From positions 35,274-99,273 of the forward strand of contig JAUNOY010000001.1 in NCBI GenBank assembly GCA_030536995.1: a DNA stretch of 64,000 bases. The letters are read 5' to 3'. Numbering within the stretch: the stretch's first letter is position 1; the number at the start of each line of letters is the position of its first letter. Position numbers and translations under genes: made by a program. The notes beneath the pieces were generated by a model. It was not told the DNA's origin. It did no database searches and saw nothing but the letters and a program-made list of their open reading frames with translations. Source of the DNA: Eubacteriales bacterium. Lineage in GTDB: Bacteria > Bacillota > Clostridia > Lachnospirales > Lachnospiraceae. This document shows, in pieces, positions 1 through 7,992 of the stretch.

Positions 1-216
1 GGGTGAACACACCTCAAAAGAAGAAACCACATCCATCATCGGCCCTGTAAGAAAAGGATTTGCCTTCATAGCATAACATAAGCGGACATTTTTTCCAAGA
101 CAGCTTTTTACTTTTTCCACGTAAGCCCTCATATGATCCAGATCAAAGACATATGCCGGAGTCGGCATCTTTTCCTTCTCTATCAATTCATCTAAAAACG
201 CATAATCGGAACTCAT
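1..216 (-). CDS. Orn/DAP/Arg decarboxylase-family (fold-type III PLP) enzyme, N-terminal 72 aa only; the gene runs off the window
   Basis: Manual minus-strand translation from ATG 216..214 gives MSSDYAFLDELIEKEKMPTPAYVFDLDHMRAYVEKVKSCLGKNVRLCYAMKANPFLTGPMMDVVSSFEVCSP. It contains the Y-A-x-K-A-N-P PLP-lysine motif. A GGAGGAG RBS lies upstream. The start overlaps the stop of the upstream adenylase as ATGA. Confidence 0.6.
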   Translation of the reverse strand, partial: MSSDYAFLDELIEKEKMPTPAYVFDLDHMRAYVEKVKSCLGKNVRLCYAMKANPFLTGPMMDVVSSFEVCSP

Positions 217-1733
217 TTTTTCTCCTCCTGATAAGCGGCAGTCAGAGCCTTCCTGTCAATTTTTCCATTCTTGGTAAGCGGCATTCTCTCTACCTGGCGG
301 AACACATTGGGAACCATAAATGCAGGTACATACTGTCCCAATGCCCTTGCAAGGGGTCTTCTTTCAATATCTCCCTCATAAAATGCCACAATCTTACTTT
401 TCGCACTGTCAAAGATACAGCAGCTTCTGATAATCTCCGGAATCTTTTCCATTGCAGCTTCAATTTCGCCAAGCTCAATGCGGTGCCCCATATGCTTGAT
501 CTGGAAATCCTTGCGGGATGCAAAGCATAATTCTCCAAGTTCATTATAATATGCCAAATCGCCTGTCCTGTACATCATCTCAAGATATCTGTCATTTAAA
601 GGATTCTGCACAAAAGCCTTATCAGTCTGTTCTCTGTTCTTATAATATCCCAGAGCCAACGCGCTTCCTGTCACACACAGCTCACCGGTTTTATTTTTTT
701 CGGTGATCAGCCGGTTTTTCTCATCCAGAAGAAATACCTTTTCATTTGGAAATGCTTTTCCCATAGGAAGCACGTCTCCCGGCTGGAATTCTCTGTCAAT
801 GATATAATACGTGCAGTTACAGGTAATTTCTGTCGGTCCGTAAATGTTGACATACATTACATCCGGAAGATATTTTCTCCAGATATTTAAGTGTTTCACA
901 GGCATAGCCTCTCCGGAAAACAGGATTTTTTTTATTTTATCCGGTACCTTGTACTCAAACCCGTTCAGAGTTGAAATGATACACAATGCAGAAACAGCCC
1001 ATATCAGGGTTGTTACCTCTCTCTCTATCAGATAATCAATCAGCTTCGTCGGGAAAGAAAACATCTGCTTCGGGATAATCTGCACAGTTGCTCCTGTTTT
1101 CAGACCGGAATAAATATCCTTGACAGAAACATCAAAATCCCACGGCGCCTGATTACCTATGACATCTTTTTCTGAAATGTCAAAAAGCTCTGTAAAACAG
1201 TCTATAAAGTCAAGTACCGACCTGTGTCCGACTACAACCCCCTTGGGAACTCCTGTTGAGCCTGATGTAAAAATCCCATACAAAGGATCCATATCTACTG
1301 CCTGATTCCGGATTTCTTTAAGAAGCTCTTTATTTTCCGGCTCTTCTGCAAGATTTTTTGCAAGAACTACCTCTCCCTTAAAGTCAAGCTTCTCCAGATC
1401 CTCCAGATATTTTTCGGAAGTAACGATCACTTCGCTGTCTAGAATTTCCAGAATCTGGTTCAGTCTGCTTGCCGGCTGTTTTGTATCTATCAGAACATAG
1501 AAGCAGCCTGCGTAAACAGCGCCCATAAAAACTCCGATTGTTTCCACACTTTTTTCCATGAAAACAGGAACAGGATTTCTTGGAACAAAATATTTCGCAA
1601 GAGCTGTTCCGATCCTTCTTGCAGTCATTTCCAGTTCCCGGAAGGTACAGGAGCTGTGTTCATCTGCAAATGCCGTTTTATCGGGAAATCTCTTTGAAGA
1701 GCCTTCCAGATATTCCAGAATATTTGTCTTCAT
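213..1733 (-). CDS. DltA-like amino-acid adenylating enzyme (AMP-dependent ligase, carrier-protein loading type)
   Basis: 506 aa ORF with adenylation core motifs: FTSGSTGVPKG, YGPTE, YRTGD and a C-terminal PLTKNGKIDR. Length and architecture match stand-alone DltA-type ligases. Confidence 0.8.
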   Translation of the reverse strand: MKTNILEYLEGSSKRFPDKTAFADEHSSCTFRELEMTARRIGTALAKYFVPRNPVPVFMEKSVETIGVFMGAVYAGCFYVLIDTKQPASRLNQILEILDSEVIVTSEKYLEDLEKLDFKGEVVLAKNLAEEPENKELLKEIRNQAVDMDPLYGIFTSGSTGVPKGVVVGHRSVLDFIDCFTELFDISEKDVIGNQAPWDFDVSVKDIYSGLKTGATVQIIPKQMFSFPTKLIDYLIEREVTTLIWAVSALCIISTLNGFEYKVPDKIKKILFSGEAMPVKHLNIWRKYLPDVMYVNIYGPTEITCNCTYYIIDREFQPGDVLPMGKAFPNEKVFLLDEKNRLITEKNKTGELCVTGSALALGYYKNREQTDKAFVQNPLNDRYLEMMYRTGDLAYYNELGELCFASRKDFQIKHMGHRIELGEIEAAMEKIPEIIRSCCIFDSAKSKIVAFYEGDIERRPLARALGQYVPAFMVPNVFRQVERMPLTKNGKIDRKALTAAYQEEKK

Positions 1734-1751
1734 ATTAACCTTCCTCCTTTT

Positions 1752-2714
1752 TTATTTCAGAAATTCTGCCAGAACTTTTGAATAATCTCTGGCAGCCTGT
1801 CCGTTCAAATGCCCGTCGTAATCTGTATATGCTCTGAGATCATGGGTGAAAGCCTTGAAATACTGTGTATTAAAGTTCAGGTATTTCACACCCTGTTTGT
1901 CAAAAAACTCGCCGAAAAATCTCCATGCAGCATTGTAATTGTCGCTGTAATCCCTGAGCGTATCAATGGGAATCGGCGTTGTCACTGCCACAAATTCAAT
2001 TTCATTTGCTTTACAGTAATCAATAAGCTTCTTTAAATATCCCATATTTTCCTCATTGACCATTCCTTCTTCGTAAAGCTTTGGTTCTGATTTTTTCAGT
2101 TTTCTGACATCCACCGGATATCTTTCAATAAAACCGCTTTCATGATATTCCTGTGAATCACTCTTTAAATCTGATACGCTGTAATCTCCTGTCACTTTTT
2201 TTGTAAATGTTTCCTTTATTTTCGGAAGCTCGTAGCTGAGAGAATATTCATACCACGGAAACAGAACTGTCCTGAAATTACATTTGGCAATAGAATTCCA
2301 GAAATATTCCAGTTTCGCTCTGGAAAAAGGAAATTCGTGATAAAACAAAAGATAATTATTTCCCTCTTCCTTTTCTGTCACAAAATACCCCGGATCCACT
2401 TCATATATGATTCTTTTCGGCTTCTGTTTCTCATTGATCAGTTTCGTGATATAATACGCGTCAATTCCGTATTCTCCGCCCACGCAAATATTATGACCGG
2501 TTCTTCCCGTGATTTCCTTCATGCTCTCCGGGTCAATTCCCATTTTTCCATGTGATGTACCAACAATAATATCGTCATACTGCCTTGTAGTTACAGAATG
2601 GATATCGTTTCGCATAAACGTGCACGGATAAAGCGCCAGATCAAGTCCGGCAAGAATAGCTGCACAAACAGCCAGAACCAGCAATGTTTTTAATATTTTT
2701 TTAAAATTGTGCAT
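1752..2714 (-). CDS. Membrane-anchored DltD/AlgJ-like SGNH-type acyltransferase or esterase partner of the MBOAT
   Basis: Start taken at MHNFKK, which overlaps the MBOAT stop by 14 nt. There is an N-terminal TM helix (LLVLAVCAAILAGL), a GTSHG block near the N-terminus, and DYDGHLNG near the C-terminus, resembling SGNH/DltD catalytic blocks. The gene sits between the MBOAT and the adenylase. Confidence 0.5.
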   Translation of the reverse strand: MHNFKKILKTLLVLAVCAAILAGLDLALYPCTFMRNDIHSVTTRQYDDIIVGTSHGKMGIDPESMKEITGRTGHNICVGGEYGIDAYYITKLINEKQKPKRIIYEVDPGYFVTEKEEGNNYLLFYHEFPFSRAKLEYFWNSIAKCNFRTVLFPWYEYSLSYELPKIKETFTKKVTGDYSVSDLKSDSQEYHESGFIERYPVDVRKLKKSEPKLYEEGMVNEENMGYLKKLIDYCKANEIEFVAVTTPIPIDTLRDYSDNYNAAWRFFGEFFDKQGVKYLNFNTQYFKAFTHDLRAYTDYDGHLNGQAARDYSKVLAEFLK

Positions 2715-4212
2715 AAATAAATCCCCTCGCAACTGCTGTAGATCCAAATAATCCAATAGATATCAATAAAACCATATACACAGCTACCGTAATCGGAAGA
2801 CTGCGTTTCGAAAGTGTTTCTCTTATCTTCATTCCGCGTTCCTGAAGAAAGCTTACAATAAAGAGAATCACACAGCCTACAGCCAGAATCAGCAGCGCAT
2901 AAGGTGTAAAAGCAGTTCCTTCTCTTCCTGCAGGAATCAGAAGCAGTTCTGAAGGCGCAAATTTCGTCACAGAAAGCTTCATCATATGAAATGCCTGTCC
3001 GACAGTATCTGCCCTGTCAAAGAACCAACTGATATTTACAAGAATAAAAGTCCTTACAATTGCAAATATATGAAACCAGTTCTCTTTTCCTGTAATATTG
3101 AGTTTCTTTTTCCAGTTTCTGTACTGCCCTGCCATAAGTCCGCTGAACGCGATGATAATACCGTTATATACACCGTAAACAATATATTTCCAGGCAGCGC
3201 CGTGCCATACGCCCACAACAAAGAAGACTATCAGATTTGCCAGACAAATCGGAAGTGTACGCCCTGTTTTTTTGCCAAATACTTTCTTTGCCCATTTTCC
3301 GAATCGGTTCATCCAGCCGGATAAGGTAACAGGATAAAAGACATAATCCTTCATCCACGTTCCCAGCGTGATATGCCAGCGATGCCAGAAATCTGTAATG
3401 GAAACTGCGAAGAACGGACGTTTGAAGTTCTCGTCCATTTCAATCCCAAACATAGATGCAATACCAATAACCACATCCATTCCACCGGAAAAATCAGCAT
3501 ATAACTGAATTGTATAAAATAATACGCCGAAAAGCGCAAGTCCGCTGTACTGATCCGGATTTCCGAAGATTGCATCTACAAAAACCGCTGCCCAGTCAGC
3601 CAAAATCATCTTTTTGAAAAACCCCCACAGGATTCTCTCAAATCCCCGTGCGATATTTTTTCCCTCAAATCTGTGCGGTGCATAAAGCTGTTCTGCCAGA
3701 CGGCTGTATCTTCCGATTGGTCCCTGCAGAATCTGAGGAAAAAAAGATACAAACAGAGCATATTTCAGCGGCTGTTTTTCCGCACTGCATCTTTTCCAAT
3801 ATACGTCCAAAAGATATCCTGACGACTGAAAAGTATAAAAGGATATTCCCAGAGGAAGTAAAATTTCCATACCTCTAAGATTCATATGAAATAAAGCATT
3901 AAGATTCTCTACTGCGAAATTCGTGTATTTAATTGTGCCGAGCATACCGAAATTCAGAATTAATCCAACAATCAGCAGCCTTTTTGCACTGCCATGCTTT
4001 CCTTTTTCTTCAAGTTTCTCTATTCCCAGAGCAGCCAGATAAGTAACTGCTGTGGAAAAAAGCATGAAACCGAGATATCGGACTCCGCCTGCTATGTAAT
4101 AAAGATAACTGAAGCACAAAAGCACCAGCCACTGTAGCTTCGACGGTACCACATAGTACACGATCACACATGCTGCCACAAACAGCAAAAACAGGTTTGA
4201 TACTAATGACAT
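2701..4212 (-). CDS. MBOAT-family membrane O-acyltransferase (DltB/AlgI-like)
   Basis: Polytopic membrane protein with the MBOAT signature region (FWHRWHITLGTWMKDYVFYP ... VWHG). Start chosen at MSLVSN (ATG 4212) behind a GGAAAGGAGAA RBS. The longer ORF extending to 4308 has no RBS. Confidence 0.85.
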   Translation of the reverse strand: MSLVSNLFLLFVAACVIVYYVVPSKLQWLVLLCFSYLYYIAGGVRYLGFMLFSTAVTYLAALGIEKLEEKGKHGSAKRLLIVGLILNFGMLGTIKYTNFAVENLNALFHMNLRGMEILLPLGISFYTFQSSGYLLDVYWKRCSAEKQPLKYALFVSFFPQILQGPIGRYSRLAEQLYAPHRFEGKNIARGFERILWGFFKKMILADWAAVFVDAIFGNPDQYSGLALFGVLFYTIQLYADFSGGMDVVIGIASMFGIEMDENFKRPFFAVSITDFWHRWHITLGTWMKDYVFYPVTLSGWMNRFGKWAKKVFGKKTGRTLPICLANLIVFFVVGVWHGAAWKYIVYGVYNGIIIAFSGLMAGQYRNWKKKLNITGKENWFHIFAIVRTFILVNISWFFDRADTVGQAFHMMKLSVTKFAPSELLLIPAGREGTAFTPYALLILAVGCVILFIVSFLQERGMKIRETLSKRSLPITVAVYMVLLISIGLFGSTAVARGFIYAQF

Positions 4213-4381
4213 AATTTGATTTTCTCCTTTCCATATCCTGTAACGTCGTATCACACGCCACTGCCGTACAGCCCCCTTTAAGTATATCGTTTCTATCAGT
4301 GAATGCAAGTATTTTTCGTAACTAAATTGTACTTTATTGTCTTTTATTGCTTCATCAGATAATGAATTCCTATCCTCAAAA

Positions 4382-4411
4382 GTAAAAGCCCCTGTGCATT
4401 AGCACAGGGGC
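4382..4411 (-). terminator. Rho-independent terminator after tpiA
   Basis: 10 bp GC-rich stem GCCCCTGTGC (4388-4397) pairs with GCACAGGGGC (4402-4411) around a 4 nt loop. On the minus strand it is followed by TTTTACTTTT. Confidence 0.8.
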
Positions 4412-4469
4412 TTCTTCTCGTTGGGACACGATCAGTTTTATTCTGATTCTATTTTATTTTAAACGATAA

Positions 4470-5219
4470 TTATTTGTAGTTTACGATCTGGCCGAAGTCA
4501 GCTTTAAGGCTTGCGCCGCCTACAAGACCGCCATCGATGTCGTTCTGTACGAATAATTCCGGTGCTGTTGCAGGATTTACAGATCCGCCGTACTGGATGC
4601 GGATTGCTTCTGCTGTAGCATCATCGTAGATTTCAGCGATGCATGCGCGGATACCGGCACATACTTCCTGAGCCTGCTCAGTTGTAGCTGTTTTGCCTGT
4701 TCCGATAGCCCAGATTGGCTCATAAGCAATAACTGCTGTTTTTGCCTGATCTGCTGTTACATTCTGGAATCCAATTTTAACCTGCTGACGGATAAAGTCC
4801 ATAGTAACGCCCTGCTCTCTCTGCTCAAGAGATTCGCCGCAGCACATGATTGGTGTAAGACCATGCTCAAAAGCTTTCAGCATTTTTTTGTTTACAGTTG
4901 CATCTGTTTCAGCGAAATATTCACGTCTCTCAGAATGTCCGAGAACTACATATTTAACGCCTGCATCTGTAAGCATTGCAGGGGAAATTTCTCCTGTGTA
5001 TGCACCTTTTTCTTCGAAGTACATATTTTCAGCGCCAACCTGGATGTTTGTACCTTTGCAGGCTTCAACAACAGGAATGATATCGATTGCTGGTACGCAG
5101 AATACAACATCAACTTCTTCGTTAGCTACTAAAGGTTTCAGAGTTTCAACTAATTTAACTGCTTCGCTTGGTGTCATGTTCATTTTCCAGTTACCAGCGA
5201 CAATTTTTCTTCTTGCCAT
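4470..5219 (-). CDS. tpiA: Triosephosphate isomerase
   Basis: 249 aa with the AGNWKMN N-terminus, the [11 protein letters not shown] active-site loop and YGGSV. Confidence 0.97.
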   Translation of the reverse strand: MARRKIVAGNWKMNMTPSEAVKLVETLKPLVANEEVDVVFCVPAIDIIPVVEACKGTNIQVGAENMYFEEKGAYTGEISPAMLTDAGVKYVVLGHSERREYFAETDATVNKKMLKAFEHGLTPIMCCGESLEQREQGVTMDFIRQQVKIGFQNVTADQAKTAVIAYEPIWAIGTGKTATTEQAQEVCAGIRACIAEIYDDATAEAIRIQYGGSVNPATAPELFVQNDIDGGLVGGASLKADFGQIVNYK

Positions 5220-5265
5220 TTTATTATTCTCCTACTTATTTTATTTAACTAGAGTTGCTTTCGGC

Positions 5266-6459
5266 TTATTTATCGTTAGCTGCTGCTACGCCAGGAAGTT
5301 CTTTACCCTCAAGGAATTCAAGAGAAGCACCGCCGCCTGTAGAGATATGAGTCATTTTGTCACCATATCCTAAAATATTAACAGCTGCTGCAGAGTCACC
5401 ACCACCGATAATAGTAGTAGCATCAGTCTCCGCAAGTGCTTTTGCAACTGCTTCTGTACCATGAGCAAAATTAGGCATTTCGAAGCAACCCATTGGTCCG
5501 TTCCATACAACTGTTTTAGCATCTTTCACTGCATCAGAGAAAAGTTTCTCTGTTTCAGGTCCGATATCCATGCCTTCCCAGCCTTCCGGGATCTCACCGC
5601 GTTTAACAATCTGAATGTTGCAGTCATTAGAGAATGCATCACCGATTCTGTTATCTACAGGAAGAAGAAGTTTTACGCCTTTTTCTTCTGCTTTTTTCTC
5701 CATATCGAGAGCGTACTGTAAATAATCATCTTCGCAAAGAGAAGTACCGATTTTTCCGCCGTGTGCCTTTATAAATGTATAAGACATACCACCGCCGATG
5801 ATGAGAACGTCAACTTTGTCAAGAAGGTTATTGATTACAGAAATCTTACTGGAAACTTTTGCTCCGCCAAGGATAGCTACAAATGGTCTTTCCGGATTAT
5901 TTACTGCATTTCCTAAGAAATCGATTTCTTTCTGCATCAGATATCCAACTACTGCAGTGTCAACAAATTTTGTAACACCAACATTAGAGCAGTGAGCTCT
6001 GTGTGCTGTACCGAATGCATCGTTTACAAATACATCACAAAGAGAAGCAAGCTCTTTGCTGAATTCTTCGCCGTTCTTTGTTTCCTCTGCACGATAACGT
6101 GTATTCTCAAGAAGAATAACCTCGCCATCTTTCATAGCCTCTACAGCTGCTTTTGCATTTGGTCCAACTACTTCCGGATCAGCTGCAAATTTAACTTCCT
6201 GACCAAGTAACTCAGAAAGACGTACTGCAACCGGTGCAAGAGATAATTCTGGTTTTGGCTCTCCCTTCGGTTTGCCAAGATGAGAACAAAGAATAACCTT
6301 TCCACCATCAGCGATTAATTTTTTAATTGTAGGAAGAGCTGCAACAAGACGGTTTTCGTCTGTGATTTTTCCATCCTGAAGAGGAACGTTAAAGTCGCAT
6401 CTAACGAGGACTTTCTGACCTTTTACATTAATATCATCAACAGATTTTTTGTTCAGCAT
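5266..6459 (-). CDS. pgk: Phosphoglycerate kinase
   Basis: 397 aa with [15 protein letters not shown], and the C-terminal GGGDSAAAV and [14 protein letters not shown] motifs. Confidence 0.97.
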   Translation of the reverse strand: MLNKKSVDDINVKGQKVLVRCDFNVPLQDGKITDENRLVAALPTIKKLIADGGKVILCSHLGKPKGEPKPELSLAPVAVRLSELLGQEVKFAADPEVVGPNAKAAVEAMKDGEVILLENTRYRAEETKNGEEFSKELASLCDVFVNDAFGTAHRAHCSNVGVTKFVDTAVVGYLMQKEIDFLGNAVNNPERPFVAILGGAKVSSKISVINNLLDKVDVLIIGGGMSYTFIKAHGGKIGTSLCEDDYLQYALDMEKKAEEKGVKLLLPVDNRIGDAFSNDCNIQIVKRGEIPEGWEGMDIGPETEKLFSDAVKDAKTVVWNGPMGCFEMPNFAHGTEAVAKALAETDATTIIGGGDSAAAVNILGYGDKMTHISTGGGASLEFLEGKELPGVAAANDK

Positions 6460-6525
6460 TTTTTATGCCTCCTTAACTTTTAATAATTCACATAGCCTGT
6501 GTTACCTGTGAAACAACTAGACTCC

Positions 6526-6561
6526 GTATAAAAAAGGAGTCCGGTCCATACCAGACCGGAC
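6526..6561 (-). terminator. Hairpin plus T6 between gap and pgk (internal terminator or attenuator)
   Basis: Stem GTCCGGTC (6539-6546) pairs with GACCGGAC (6554-6561) around a 7 nt loop. On the minus strand it is followed by TCCTTTTTTATAC. Confidence 0.6.
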
Positions 6562-6592
6562 CCCTTCTCTTGAGCCTTATTCTGCCTGCTAA

Positions 6593-7612
6593 TTAAGCGT
6601 TCAGAAGTTTACCAAAGTGTTTGATTGTACGAACCATCTGGCTTGTGTAGGAGTTTTCGTTGTCATACCAGGAAACTACCTGTACCTGTGTTGTGCCATT
6701 GTCTAATGGAAGAACCATTGTCTGTGTAGCATCAAACAGGGAACCAAATCTCATACCTACGATATCGCTGGAAACGATTTCGTCTGTATTGTATCCGAAG
6801 GATTCGTTGGAAGCTGCTTTCATAGCGTCATTGATCTGCTCTTTTGTAACATTTCCTTCAACAACTGCTGTTAAGATAGTTGTAGAACCTGTTGGGGTTG
6901 GAACACGCTGAGCAGCGCCGATTAATTTGCCGTTAAGCTCTGGGATAACAAGACCGATAGCTTTAGCAGCACCTGTGCTGTTAGGAACGATGTTGCATGC
7001 AGCTGCACGGGATCTTCTCTTATCACCTTTTCTCTGTGGTCCATCAAGTGTCATCTGATCGCCTGTGTAAGCGTGGATTGTACACATGATACCAGTTTTG
7101 ATTGGTGCAAGATCATTAAGAGCTTTAGCCATTGGAGCTAAGCAGTTTGTTGTACAGGAAGCTGCGGAGATGATGTGGTCATCTTTTGTAAGTGTCTCAT
7201 GGTTTACATTGTAAACGATTGTTTTCAGATCGTTTCCAGCCGGAGCGGAAATGATAACATGTTTAGCACCTGCATCGATATGAGCCTGAGCTTTATCTTT
7301 AGATGTATAGAAACCTGTACACTCAAGAACTACGTCTACACCGATTTCTCCCCATGGAAGTTCTGCAGCGTTAGCTTTTGCATAAATTTTGATTTCTTTT
7401 CCGTCAACTGTGATAGTATCTTCTCCAGCTGTTACTGTATCAGCAAGAGCGTATCTACCCTGAGTTGAATCATATTTTAATAAGTGAGCAAGCATTTCTG
7501 GAGATGTTAAATCGTTAATTGCTACGATTTCAAATCCTTCTGCTCCAAACATCTGACGGAATGCAAGACGTCCAATACGTCCAAAACCATTAATTGCAAC
7601 TTTTACTGCCAT
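6593..7612 (-). CDS. gap: Type I glyceraldehyde-3-phosphate dehydrogenase
   Basis: 339 aa with NGFGRIGR at the N-terminus, the SCTTNCLAP active site and WYDNE near the C-terminus. Confidence 0.97.
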   Translation of the reverse strand: MAVKVAINGFGRIGRLAFRQMFGAEGFEIVAINDLTSPEMLAHLLKYDSTQGRYALADTVTAGEDTITVDGKEIKIYAKANAAELPWGEIGVDVVLECTGFYTSKDKAQAHIDAGAKHVIISAPAGNDLKTIVYNVNHETLTKDDHIISAASCTTNCLAPMAKALNDLAPIKTGIMCTIHAYTGDQMTLDGPQRKGDKRRSRAAACNIVPNSTGAAKAIGLVIPELNGKLIGAAQRVPTPTGSTTILTAVVEGNVTKEQINDAMKAASNESFGYNTDEIVSSDIVGMRFGSLFDATQTMVLPLDNGTTQVQVVSWYDNENSYTSQMVRTIKHFGKLLNA

Positions 7613-7880
7613 GATAAATTCCTCCTATGAATTAAGTGGTAATTATGACGTCTCTATAAGTTTGTTAAAGAAACGTCAACCTATATTGTATTGTACCGAA
7701 TTCCAAACAAAAATTCAAGTATATTTTATAAAAAAGCTCATAATTTTCCATAAAGAAATATGTTATAATAATTATCATCGACATCAGGATACTGATAATC
7801 CCATCTCCTCTGGTACTTTATCCTTTTATATTTTTCCTATTTATATGTATTCAAAAACAGAACTCCTGACTTTCTAAAAC

Positions 7881-7909
7881 TTGACTTTTAGACGTGTCAA
7901 CTGTACAAT
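7881..7909 (+). promoter_or_regulatory. SigA-type promoter for the amylosucrase-like gene
   Basis: TTGACT (7881-7886), an exact 17 nt spacer, then TACAAT (7904-7909). It lies about 85 nt upstream of the ATG. Confidence 0.6.
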
Positions 7910-7921
7910 CATAGTGGCTTT

Positions 7922-7970
7922 CGCAACTGCCTGACAGAGGAGATACAGGAAGAGGCAGTTGCGGCCTTTT
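7922..7970 (+). promoter_or_regulatory. Leader hairpin followed by a T-tract (possible attenuator) in the 5' UTR of the amylosucrase-like gene
   Basis: 11 bp stem CGCAACTGCCT (7922-7932) pairs with AGGCAGTTGCG (7953-7963) around a 20 nt loop, followed by GCCTTTT. It sits between the promoter and the RBS GGGAGG. Confidence 0.4.
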
Positions 7971-7992
7971 AAATGATTAAGGGAGGATAACT

